From: an uncultured Bacteroidales bacterium
GTDB lineage: Bacteria > Bacteroidota > Bacteroidia > Bacteroidales > UBA10428
Length of the DNA stretch: 64,000 nt
Assembly: GCA_963752195.1 (NCBI GenBank)
Contig: CAVVXI010000004.1
Span: 87,979 to 151,978 of the forward strand
Reading direction: 5' to 3'
In this document: positions 19,552 through 28,918 of the stretch, piece after piece
How the letters are laid out: each line of letters starts with the position of its first letter
Position numbering within the stretch: position 1 is the stretch's first letter
Position numbers and translations under genes: made by a program
Notes under the pieces: generated by a model
Seen by the model: the letters and a program-made list of their open reading frames with translations, nothing else
What the model was told of the DNA's origin: nothing
Database searches by the model: none

Positions 19552-21234
19552 TCAGGTAGTGGAACCTGAGGCCTTCTCCAGCCTTTTCAGTATTGAAAAA
19601 ATGAATGCTGCGGAAATAAGACAGCAAATTACAAGCATCGACCAGAATACATAAAGTGCTACCTTGCTCCAGAAGAATCCCATTACTCCTACAAGGAGGT
19701 TTCCTATCGAGGTGGCAGCAAACCAGCCTCCCTGTGCCAATCCTTTGTATTTTGGAGGAGACACCCTTGATACGAAGGATATACCGATGGGACTCAGAAA
19801 AAGTTCGGCAATGGTAAGTATAAAATACGTGGAAATCAGCCAGTATGGAGATACAAGCGTTTTCGAAACTTCCCCCCCGAGTTCTTTCGGAGATGAAAGA
19901 CCAAGGGATGCCAGGATAAGCAGGGAAAATGCGAAAGCTGTCAGAATCATGCCAATGCCGATTTTTTTAGGTGATGATGGTTCCAGTCCCCTGGCCCGCA
20001 ACCATCCGAACAATGCCAGGATAAGAGGGGTAAGCGCTACGATAAAGAACGGATTGAAATGCTGGAATTTTTGCGGTGTAAACGGATTGATTACGGCAAA
20101 TCCGGAATAACGATAGTAAGCGAGCATTCCAAATACTACAAAGGCGGAAATTCCAAGAACTTTTACCTTCGCTGTGCTTGTTTTCCGAAGAGAATAAATT
20201 AAGCCTACAACGGATAAAAAAATTGGCAGCAGGGTGAACAGGTCAAACCAGAGGTTCGTAAATTTACCTACCGAGGGAACTGTATAATCCCGTGCAAAGA
20301 AGGTCATGGTAAAGCCATTTTGATGAAATGACATCCAGAAGAAAATCACCACAAAAAATACCATGAAAAGGGCAAAAATGCGTCTTTTGGTTTCCTCGGG
20401 TGACAATTCGATAACGCTATCCTTGGTGGTTACATCGGCCATTTTTTGTTTTTCCGTGAGGTCGGCATGTTTGTAATGTTTTTTAAAGGCAAGAAATATA
20501 ATGGTTGAAAGGATCAGGCTCAAACAGGCCACGCCGAAGGCATAATGATAGGATTTACTCAGGGCATCGATATAGGTTGCACTGAATGTCCGAAGTGTTT
20601 CTGCTGTAACTGTCGGATCCTGCAATTTGGCAATCCCAAGATAGTAAGCTATGTTTTCCGGCCTGTTTTCAATGAATTTATGAGCGAGAACAGGAATTCT
20701 CGAGTCGTATGTAAAATGGGCTGCCTTCAGCACATAATTGTTGACTGCTTCTGCTGCGGTCGGTGCAAACATGGCTCCTACATTGATACACATATAGAAT
20801 ATTGTAAACGCTGAATCCCGTTTTGCACTGTATTTTGGATTGTCATACATGTTGCCCACCAGGGCCTGGAGATTTCCTTTGAAAAGACCTGTTCCGAGTG
20901 CTATTGTAAACAATGCGCCGATTACAAGCCATAAACTCAATTCCCCCTGCAGGGGAAGGGCCAATAGAATATAGCCGAAGAACATGACAAAGATCCCAAT
21001 CGTTATCGTTTTGCCATATCCTATCCATCTGTCCGCTACAAATCCACCAACCAGGGGGAGAAAATATACAGCAAAAAGAAAAATGCTCCAGATAATGCCT
21101 GTCTTGTCGGAATCAAACCCGTATTTTGCCTGCAGGAAAAGGGTAAATATGGCATACATGGTATAAAACCCGAACCGTTCTCCCATATTTGCCAGAGAGG
21201 CAATGATCAGTCCCTTCGGATGTCCTTTGAACAT
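19552..21234 (-). CDS. POT/PTR family proton-dependent peptide MFS transporter
   Basis: MFKGHPKGL, NMGERFGFYTM (ExxERFxYY-like), GTGLFKGN, FTIFYMCINVGA, ELFLSPIG. Confidence 0.93.
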   Translation of the reverse strand: MFKGHPKGLIIASLANMGERFGFYTMYAIFTLFLQAKYGFDSDKTGIIWSIFLFAVYFLPLVGGFVADRWIGYGKTITIGIFVMFFGYILLALPLQGELSLWLVIGALFTIALGTGLFKGNLQALVGNMYDNPKYSAKRDSAFTIFYMCINVGAMFAPTAAEAVNNYVLKAAHFTYDSRIPVLAHKFIENRPENIAYYLGIAKLQDPTVTAETLRTFSATYIDALSKSYHYAFGVACLSLILSTIIFLAFKKHYKHADLTEKQKMADVTTKDSVIELSPEETKRRIFALFMVFFVVIFFWMSFHQNGFTMTFFARDYTVPSVGKFTNLWFDLFTLLPIFLSVVGLIYSLRKTSTAKVKVLGISAFVVFGMLAYYRYSGFAVINPFTPQKFQHFNPFFIVALTPLILALFGWLRARGLEPSSPKKIGIGMILTAFAFSLLILASLGLSSPKELGGEVSKTLVSPYWLISTYFILTIAELFLSPIGISFVSRVSPPKYKGLAQGGWFAATSIGNLLVGVMGFFWSKVALYVFWSMLVICCLISAAFIFSILKRLEKASGSTT

Positions 21235-21245
21235 AATTGTAATGT

Positions 21246-21638
21246 TTAAAAAGTGAATAAAGCAGGAGGTGGTCCTTTATGCATTAATTGTTTAAAAACA
21301 ATAAACCTGTTCTTGTATAGCTGGCGTAAGAATTCAGTCACCCTTAATTCCACGGAATTTTCCGGATGGGGTTCTTCGGGCATATCCGCACTGAATCTGT
21401 TGCATATTTCACCCGTGTTGATGTCTCCGTCGATCAGATTCCAAACTTTACTTCCCAGCTCATCCAGGTGAATACTGAAATGTTTTGAACGGCTTGAAGG
21501 TATAAACCATTTGACCATCCATTCGCTTTTGAACTTGGGGACGAGCAGGGTGATCTTTTCACCTTCCCTGGTAAATTCCTTCACATTCCGTACAGGAATC
21601 ATTTCCAGAAAATTGGCCGGCGGTTTTTTCAATCGCAT
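21246..21638 (-). CDS. Stand-alone PqqD family / RiPP recognition element-like protein
   Basis: Beta-strand region followed by LDELGSKVWNLIDG..NTGEIC and RVTEFLRQLYKNRFI, the PqqD winged-helix pattern. Confidence 0.8.
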   Translation of the reverse strand: MRLKKPPANFLEMIPVRNVKEFTREGEKITLLVPKFKSEWMVKWFIPSSRSKHFSIHLDELGSKVWNLIDGDINTGEICNRFSADMPEEPHPENSVELRVTEFLRQLYKNRFIVFKQLMHKGPPPALFTF

Positions 21639-21662
21639 GGATAGTTCTCCTGAATTCCTGTT

Positions 21663-23732
21663 TTATACTGCCGGTCCGGGTGTAACCGGTGAATCCGGCT
21701 TACCTGCATTCCATACCGGTATCTGAACCAATACCCAGGCGATCAGTATAAGAACAATGGCACTGATCCAGAAGGGAGGATGCTGGAAAAAGGAAAAAAT
21801 ATCATACAGGAAAATGTTGCCTACTGCAAAGATGGCGATGATTAATCCCATAAGGGCTTCACCGGCAATCAAACCGGATGCGAGCAGCACACCGATATTT
21901 TCTACATTTATGATCTGCGAAGCGGAAAATTTGCGTTTTTCGGCAACGGAATCCACCATACCTTTGATAATTCCGCCGAGGAAAATAGCAAAGGTGGTTT
22001 CCAGGGGAAGGTACATGCCAACGCATACGAGCATGGGACTCTTAACCTGCATCATTATGAAAGCTACGCCCATGAGGATTCCTGCAATAATAAGGGGCCA
22101 GGCCATTTGTCCGCTTACAATGCCTTTTGACAGAATGGCCATTAAGCTTGCCTGCGGTGCCGAAAGATTTTTACTTCCGAAGCCGCCTTCATATCCTTCC
22201 CGGACACCTTTCGCAATATCTCCGTCATTCAGGAACACCAACACGCCGAACATTACCGAACCGGCCAGAACCACGCCAATGATATCGCCAATCTGCATCC
22301 GCCAGGGAGTACCGCCCAATATATGGCCTGCTTTCAGATCCTGGAGCATCTCACCGGCCACAGCTGCTGAAACACAGACAATTGCCGCAACTCCCAGTAC
22401 GGATGTTATTCCTTCTTTTCCGGTTGCACCAAGCGCCACCATTAACAGGGCAGTCACAACCAATGCAGTAAGGGTAAGCCCCGATATCGGATTATTACTC
22501 GACCCCATAATGCCAACCAGGTATCCTGAAACGGCGGCAAAGAAAAATGCCAGAATGATCATTACGGTGGAAGCAACCACTGCCACAAGCACGGTCGTCT
22601 TGAATATAAAAAGGGTTATGATAAACGTAAGCAAAGCAACCAGGATGATACCTGCCATAATCCAGATGAAGCTTATGTCTTTATCGTTGCGGGCAATGGC
22701 CACATGTTGTCCCGAAGCGGCTTTCCTCACATCCCCAACTGAACGGACAATGCCGGCAGTCAGGCTTTTTCTCATTTTCCAAAGGGTAAATACTGCACTC
22801 ACCAGCATTCCGCCAATGGCAATCGGACGTACAATATACCTCCATATGGAATAGAATGAGGTAGTCCATACTTTATCCATGGCTGCCTGTGCCGTCAGTG
22901 CCGGATCAGTGGCCATCAGTGAAGAGGCCATTGCATTCAGGTCGAGAGACGGGGTGAGGAAATAGAGGATCATGGGTGTCAGCAAGCCCCAGGCCAAAAC
23001 GCCGCCGCTAAAATTGAGGGAGGCCAGTCTGGGTCCGATAATATAACCAACGCCCATATATGCGGGACTTATCCCCGGTGAGCCGAGCATCATTCCGCCC
23101 TGGCCCACAAAGCTGGTCCCTGTTACCGTTTGTTTGGCAAAAACAATAAATTTCTCCCAGTACACCGAAAAAAGTTTTATTTCTCCCAGTAGTTTTATCA
23201 AACCGCCCAGGATCATCGCGCCGAACAGGAACTTCGAATTACCGCCCGCTTTCTGCCCCGCTTTATGGATTTCCGCGGCAGCCACTGATTCCGGAAACGG
23301 CAAATCGGCATCTTCCACCATTACCCGCCGAAGCAAGGCCACAAACATTATACCCAGGATACCGCCGGCAATTAAAATCAGCGTAGACGTAATGTAATGC
23401 CCGGGTGTGAAAAACGGGTTCCAGATGCCGGCAACAAAGAAAGCCGGAAGTGTGAATATTGCCCCCGCAGCAACCGATTCTCCTATAGATCCTACAGTAC
23501 GGGCAAAGTTTTCTTCGAGAATGGAACCTTTCATAGCCTTTAATATGGCCATACCGATAACGGCAGCAGGGTAAGTGGCGGCAATAGTCATACCCGCCTT
23601 AAGACCCAGATAGGCATTAGCGGCTCCCAGTACAACAGCCATAATCAACCCGATAATGAGCGCCCTCACCGAAAACTCAGTCATACTGGAATCAGGAGAT
23701 ACAAACGGAATGTAATTCTTTTTGTCGGCCAT
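21663..23732 (-). CDS. OPT family oligopeptide transporter
   Basis: EFSVRALI, ANAYLGLKAGMT, SILEEN, LPFPES, GSSNNPISG, QDLKAG..LGGTP..Q, APQA, ASGLIAGEAL. Confidence 0.95.
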   Translation of the reverse strand: MADKKNYIPFVSPDSSMTEFSVRALIIGLIMAVVLGAANAYLGLKAGMTIAATYPAAVIGMAILKAMKGSILEENFARTVGSIGESVAAGAIFTLPAFFVAGIWNPFFTPGHYITSTLILIAGGILGIMFVALLRRVMVEDADLPFPESVAAAEIHKAGQKAGGNSKFLFGAMILGGLIKLLGEIKLFSVYWEKFIVFAKQTVTGTSFVGQGGMMLGSPGISPAYMGVGYIIGPRLASLNFSGGVLAWGLLTPMILYFLTPSLDLNAMASSLMATDPALTAQAAMDKVWTTSFYSIWRYIVRPIAIGGMLVSAVFTLWKMRKSLTAGIVRSVGDVRKAASGQHVAIARNDKDISFIWIMAGIILVALLTFIITLFIFKTTVLVAVVASTVMIILAFFFAAVSGYLVGIMGSSNNPISGLTLTALVVTALLMVALGATGKEGITSVLGVAAIVCVSAAVAGEMLQDLKAGHILGGTPWRMQIGDIIGVVLAGSVMFGVLVFLNDGDIAKGVREGYEGGFGSKNLSAPQASLMAILSKGIVSGQMAWPLIIAGILMGVAFIMMQVKSPMLVCVGMYLPLETTFAIFLGGIIKGMVDSVAEKRKFSASQIINVENIGVLLASGLIAGEALMGLIIAIFAVGNIFLYDIFSFFQHPPFWISAIVLILIAWVLVQIPVWNAGKPDSPVTPGPAV

Positions 23733-23886
23733 ATTTGTCTTATAAATTAATTCAAATTAAAATGTTGCTTTTAATAATTAATATCTGAAAAACCGTCTTA
23801 AACCCGGCCCTTCTTAAATGTCCCCTTTTAAAACAGATGATTCACAAATATAAAAATCTTTTTCAACCATGATCATGACATAACTG

Positions 23887-24324
23887 TTAGCATTCTTCAA
23901 ACTTTGAATATCGTTCACTTTTTGAAAAGAAAAAGTCACTTTCAAGCGAGGCATTATAATCACTGTCGGATCCATGTACGGCATTCCGTTCAATGCTTTC
24001 CGCAAACATCCTGCGGATGGTTCCCTCTTCAGCCTTTGCCGGGTCGGTTGCGCCGATCAGCTTCCGGTAATCCTCGACAGCATTTTCCTTTTCAAGAATT
24101 CCTACCACAACCGGACCGGAGGTCATATATTCCACCAGGCTTTGGAAAAAGGGTTTATTGCGATGAATTGAATAAAAATGTTCTGCATGATGCGGATCGA
24201 GCTGAATCAGTTTCAGTGCGGCAATGTGAAATCCATAGGCATTGATCTTTGCAAGTATGGGTCCTACGTATTCATGGCTTACTGCACCTGGTTTGATGAT
24301 AAAAAAGGTCTTGGTTCCGGCCAT
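23887..24324 (-). CDS. ndk: Nucleoside diphosphate kinase
   Basis: TFFIIKP, YMTSGP, GATDP...GTIR, NAVHGSDS. Confidence 0.96.
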   Translation of the reverse strand: MAGTKTFFIIKPGAVSHEYVGPILAKINAYGFHIAALKLIQLDPHHAEHFYSIHRNKPFFQSLVEYMTSGPVVVGILEKENAVEDYRKLIGATDPAKAEEGTIRRMFAESIERNAVHGSDSDYNASLESDFFFSKSERYSKFEEC

Positions 24325-24488
24325 AATATTTAGTTTTTGGGTATAGGCGAATATAAATAATAATATGTCTTCTTGTACTGTTCTTTATACTGTGTGAAAG
24401 CACAATGTTGAAATTATCTTAAAACTTGCGAAGGCATCCGGGCGAAAACAGCAGAAGTTGGTTAATTTTGGAATTGACAAATTTAATA

Positions 24489-25535
24489 ATGGAGCATCGA
24501 AACAATACATTGGTTTGGGATTCAACATCTCAAGTGACCCAATTACTGGACTCAAAACTGCAAAATATTGCTATACTTATTCATATAAATCCCGACGGCG
24601 ATGCGCTCGGATCTGCACTTGGACTTTCAAGGCTGCTTTCAAACCAACACCATCATTGTCTCGTGATTTCCCCCAATGATTTTCCTGATTTCCTGCGATG
24701 GATGCCGGGGGCAAAGGATATATGCCTGCTAACCGAATCTTTTGCCCGTGCGGAGGAATTTATGAAAACCGCCGGGGTTATTTTTGTGGTGGATTGCAAT
24801 GATTTAAAAAGGGTTATTAAACTGCAGGAAGTCTACAACACTTCAAAAGCTTATAAGATTCTGATCGATCACCATCCCGGACCTGACATTGAAGTGGATT
24901 GTATGTTGTCGGATACGTCCGTAAGTTCCACGGCGGAATTGATTTACCGGTTTATGATAGAAACCCGGCTGAACCAATATGCCGACAAAGCTGTGGCTAC
25001 CTGCCTGCTTACGGGTATCATGACAGATACAGGTTGTTTCAGCCACAATTCCTCCACGCGCAAAACATTTGAAACCGTTGCCGGCCTCCTTGATTATGGG
25101 ATTGACAAGGATGAAATTTATAACCGGATTTACAATAACTATTCGGAAAAGCGGATGCATCTTCTGGGTTTCAGCCTTCATGAAAAAATGGAAGTCTTAA
25201 GCGAATACCATACGGCGATCATATCCCTTACCCGCGATGAGCTTAACTCCTTTAATCACCAGGTGGGAGATACCGAAGGTTTTGTGAATTATCCCCTTTC
25301 AATTAAGGGAATCCGTTTTTCGGTTCTTTTTGTTGAGAACGATGACCGGATCAAAATTTCTTTCCGTTCCAAGGGAAGTTTTGCTGTGAACGAAATTGCA
25401 CGGAAATATTTTAACGGAGGCGGTCATATAAATGCGTCCGGGGGGGAATCGTTCATACCCCTGGCCGGGACAATTGCGAAGTTTAAGTCAATCCTTCCTG
25501 ATTTCCGGGAACAACTTTCAGATTATGAAGATTAA
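24489..25535 (+). CDS. DHH family phosphoesterase (NrnA-like)
   Basis: HINPDGDALGS, IDHH, TDTGCF, ISFRS, GGGHINASG. Confidence 0.92.
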   Translation: MEHRNNTLVWDSTSQVTQLLDSKLQNIAILIHINPDGDALGSALGLSRLLSNQHHHCLVISPNDFPDFLRWMPGAKDICLLTESFARAEEFMKTAGVIFVVDCNDLKRVIKLQEVYNTSKAYKILIDHHPGPDIEVDCMLSDTSVSSTAELIYRFMIETRLNQYADKAVATCLLTGIMTDTGCFSHNSSTRKTFETVAGLLDYGIDKDEIYNRIYNNYSEKRMHLLGFSLHEKMEVLSEYHTAIISLTRDELNSFNHQVGDTEGFVNYPLSIKGIRFSVLFVENDDRIKISFRSKGSFAVNEIARKYFNGGGHINASGGESFIPLAGTIAKFKSILPDFREQLSDYED

Positions 25536-26052
25536 CGTTTTATATATCGCCTGCCTTTTTTTAATTTTCGGTGCCTGTAAGCGACATAAGGAGTATACCG
25601 GATCGGCAAAGGAATATGCGGAAACCCAAAAAGCACTGGTAGGGGCAAACCGGCTTTTGCTGCAAAAGGACAAGGAAAAAATTGTGGCTTTTAGCATGAA
25701 GCATAAACTTGATTTGAAAGAAAGCGAAACCGGACTGTGGTATAAAATTAAACCCTCGGGACATGGAAAAACGGCTTCCGCCGGGCAGCAAATTACGTTA
25801 GAGTATAAGGTTTCCCTGCTTGATGGTACGGTTTGTTACAGTTCCGATTCCCTGGGGCCAAAAAAATTTATTGTTGGCAGGGGTGGTGTGGAATCGGGTC
25901 TTGAAGAAGGAGTGACAATGCTTCGCGAAGGCGACAGGGCAATGTTCGTATTGCCTCCATACCTTGCTGAAGGCTTACCCGGAGATGGCGACAGAATTCC
26001 TGCCCGGTCCATCATCGTTTATGAAGTGGAAGTATTAAAGCTCGAACCCTGA
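25525..26052 (+). CDS. FKBP-type PPIase lipoprotein (GldI-like)
   Basis: Lipobox FGAC, SETGLWY, GLEEGV..LREGD, IPARS; start overlaps the DHH gene stop. Confidence 0.82.
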   Translation: MKINVLYIACLFLIFGACKRHKEYTGSAKEYAETQKALVGANRLLLQKDKEKIVAFSMKHKLDLKESETGLWYKIKPSGHGKTASAGQQITLEYKVSLLDGTVCYSSDSLGPKKFIVGRGGVESGLEEGVTMLREGDRAMFVLPPYLAEGLPGDGDRIPARSIIVYEVEVLKLEP

Positions 26053-26927
26053 TGAAGATCAATTTCCTTCTTTTATTGTCAATTGTTTGCCTTTCATGCG
26101 ACAGGAATTCGCAGTATCCCGGATTTTCTGAATTGGGGAACGGAACCTGGTACAAACTTCATGTAATCGGTGATAATTCGCTGAATCCCCGCCCTGGGGA
26201 TTATATTACCGTAAATTTGACCTACTCAACGATGCAGGATTCTGTTTTTTTCAGGGGAACAAGAAAACTGCAAATAGATACTGCTGCTTATGAAGGGTCT
26301 GTGGATGCATGCTTTGCTCTCCTGGCCGAAGGGGATAGCGCCACCTTTATTCTGAACGCCCGTGACTTTTTTACAAAAACGCTGAAAACACCGGTTCCAA
26401 AATTTATGCCGGCCGACGGAGCCATCAAAATTAACGCCGGTTTGCGTGATATTCAAACAAGCGAAGAATATGAAAGGGAAAAGGAAGCATTCCTCACCTG
26501 GATCGATGATTTCGGGGATTATGAGAAAGTGGTGCTGAAACAATTTATCAGCTCGGAAAAGCCGGGAATCAAGCCCCTTCCTTCCGGAATATATTACCTG
26601 AACCTGCGTCCCGGCAAAGGCAAAAAAGTGGAGCCGGGTGACACCCTTACCCTTAATTACGAAGGGCGTTTCCTCAATGGAAAGTTTTTTGATTCCACAG
26701 TTAAAAGACATCAGCCCTTCCAGTTTGTATATGGAACTGAATGGCAGGTCATTAAAGGACTTGAACAAGCGATCGGGATGATGCGCGAAGGCGAACGTTC
26801 GCTTTTTATTCTCCCTTCCGATCAGGGTTTTGGCAATACCGGCTCCTCAACCGGAGTAATACCTCCTTTTACCTCCCTTATTTTTGAGGTTGAAATATTA
26901 AAAGTATCTTCGTCAAATAAAATTTGA
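26052..26927 (+). CDS. Two-domain FKBP-type PPIase lipoprotein
   Basis: Lipobox CLSC, YEGRFLNGKFFDS, VIKGLEQ, IPPFTSLIFEVE. Confidence 0.88.
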   Translation: MKINFLLLLSIVCLSCDRNSQYPGFSELGNGTWYKLHVIGDNSLNPRPGDYITVNLTYSTMQDSVFFRGTRKLQIDTAAYEGSVDACFALLAEGDSATFILNARDFFTKTLKTPVPKFMPADGAIKINAGLRDIQTSEEYEREKEAFLTWIDDFGDYEKVVLKQFISSEKPGIKPLPSGIYYLNLRPGKGKKVEPGDTLTLNYEGRFLNGKFFDSTVKRHQPFQFVYGTEWQVIKGLEQAIGMMREGERSLFILPSDQGFGNTGSSTGVIPPFTSLIFEVEILKVSSSNKI

Positions 26928-26965
26928 CGCAACCTTTTGCGTTAATAAACATCAATATAGAGTGA

Positions 26966-27979
26966 ATGAAAATTAAAATTCAAAATACAATGATCCGGTA
27001 CGGAAGGTTAAAATTGATCTATTTCTCTGTCTTGCTAGGTTTTGCTGTTTCGGGTTGTGTTACAAATGACTGGGCAGAAAAGGAACAGAATGAAAAAGAT
27101 CTTATTGAAGCCTATAAAAAAGACAATGGAATTACCGATGAGCAAAAGACGGAAAACGGGATTTATTACATTGAACAGTTAGCCGGGTCAGGTTTAAGTC
27201 CAAAAGAAGGTGATTTTGTCGTAATTAATTATACCGGGCGGTATATAGCGGATAATCGCATTCATGAAACCAGTTATGATTCGCTTAAAGGGGAATGGGA
27301 TAATGCTGACCATTATGATTATTTCGTTTATGGTCCCCTGAAATTTGAATATGGCTTCAGCATTGCCGGAATCAATGAAGGGCTTGCCCTTATGAAGGAA
27401 GGCGGAAAAGCCAGGCTGTTGCTACCATCCGATAAAGCCTTCTATGATTTCAACCCGATGGTTTATGATATTGAATTGCTGAAAGTGATACCTGATGCTC
27501 CGCATGAGGATTCTCTTGTAATGGAAAGATATTTAACACAGATAGGTTGGGATACTTCCAATTACTATAAAAAAACAGGCGTTTTTATTGATGTAACACA
27601 CGTGGAAAACCCAAATGATAATCATTATTTTCAGGCCGGGGATACCCTGTTTTTCAAATATACAGGAAAACTTTTAGATGGATATGGATCTGCAGTTACC
27701 GAACGTGTTTTCGATTCAAACATGCAATCTCAGAATACTGTTAAATATGCACACGGGAAACAAAGTTATGAGAGTGGATCTTTTATGCTGGGTTTTCCGC
27801 AGGCTTTGCGAACCTCGCTTGACACGCTCCGCCTGGGATCAAGGGCTACCTTTGTTTTACCTGCGGTGAAAGCCTTTGGTGATAAAGGATTGATCAATTC
27901 ACAATACGGGTATATCATTGTGCCTAAATACCAGACTGTTGTTTACGATATAGAAGTGACAGACCTGGTGTCGAATTAA
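26966..27979 (+). CDS. Two-domain FKBP-type PPIase lipoprotein
   Basis: Lipobox VSGC, two FKBP-like units (YTGRY / YTGKL, IAGINEGL..MKEGGKA). Confidence 0.82.
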   Translation: MKIKIQNTMIRYGRLKLIYFSVLLGFAVSGCVTNDWAEKEQNEKDLIEAYKKDNGITDEQKTENGIYYIEQLAGSGLSPKEGDFVVINYTGRYIADNRIHETSYDSLKGEWDNADHYDYFVYGPLKFEYGFSIAGINEGLALMKEGGKARLLLPSDKAFYDFNPMVYDIELLKVIPDAPHEDSLVMERYLTQIGWDTSNYYKKTGVFIDVTHVENPNDNHYFQAGDTLFFKYTGKLLDGYGSAVTERVFDSNMQSQNTVKYAHGKQSYESGSFMLGFPQALRTSLDTLRLGSRATFVLPAVKAFGDKGLINSQYGYIIVPKYQTVVYDIEVTDLVSN

Positions 27980-27993
27980 GCTAAGTAAAACCC

Positions 27994-28704
27994 TTAAAAC
28001 TGCAGAATAAAAACGGCCGGCTGCTTTTTCAGATCAGGAGGTGGCTGTGTTTTCCATTCCTGGATACGCCTCGTGCAAATCCACTCGTTTTCAAGTGTAA
28101 TATTGGCGGCTATGCATAACCTTGTCATCGGTCTGCATACTTCGAGAAGAGTTTCAATGAGATGGTGGTTCCGGTAGGGTGTTTCAATAAATATCTGGGA
28201 TTGCGCTTCACTTTCCGATCTTTTTTCAAGAAAGCGGATACGGCTTGCCCGTTCCGGATTCTTAACGGGCAGATACCCGTTAAATGCAAAATTCTGACCG
28301 TTCAGTCCGGATGACATAAGGGCCATCATAATGGAAGAGGGCCCAACAAGGGGAATCACTTTATAATTCAGTTTATAGGCTTCCCGCACGAGCATGGATC
28401 CAGGGTCTGCCACCGCCGGTAAGCCTGCTTCCGATATCAGTCCGAGCGGACCATATGCGGCCGCGGAAAAAAAGGCAGGCACATCCTTTTCCGCCGTATG
28501 CTCATTGAGGAGGTAAAATTGAACCGAATCAATCGGCCTGACATAGCCGCAGCGCACAAGAAAGCGCCTGGCTGTGCGAAGTTCTTCCACAACAAAATGA
28601 TCAAGGGACCGGATAATATCGAGATTTGGCGAGGGCAGCACCTGCACTACCGGCGTATCGCCCAGTGTGGATGGAATAAGATATAATTTTCTCTGTGCAA
28701 TCAT
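27994..28704 (-). CDS. RsmI-like SAM-dependent (tetrapyrrole methylase family) methyltransferase
   Basis: KLYLIPSTLG, EELRTARRFL, SEAGLPAVADPG, VGPSSI, FIETPYRN. Confidence 0.88.
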   Translation of the reverse strand: MIAQRKLYLIPSTLGDTPVVQVLPSPNLDIIRSLDHFVVEELRTARRFLVRCGYVRPIDSVQFYLLNEHTAEKDVPAFFSAAAYGPLGLISEAGLPAVADPGSMLVREAYKLNYKVIPLVGPSSIMMALMSSGLNGQNFAFNGYLPVKNPERASRIRFLEKRSESEAQSQIFIETPYRNHHLIETLLEVCRPMTRLCIAANITLENEWICTRRIQEWKTQPPPDLKKQPAVFILQF

Positions 28705-28918
28705 TGTAAGATATCCGTTAGACAGATAACCCAAAAATACGCAAACCTGTCTGTTTACCAAGTAAACTAAATAGAAATCGTTTATTGCCAAATATATTAA
28801 CCAAATCCGGGTTTTTTCCGTATACGCTACAGTTTTCAGAAACAGATACTGCAGAGGTGGGATTCAAACCCATCTTTGCATTAATCATTTCCGGTGCAAG
28901 AATCCATATTTATCAGAT

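Noticed and set aside
21757..22854. 365-aa plus-strand ORF
   Set aside because: Antisense shadow of the OPT membrane-protein gene; similar shadows occur at 29329-30012 and 48822-49589
25525..27979. Three tandem FKBP genes as a novel system
   Set aside because: ndk-DHH-FKBP clusters are a familiar Bacteroidota arrangement
28850..28880. Possible tRNA gene
   Set aside because: Only a T-arm-like hairpin; no D-arm or anticodon arm could be built
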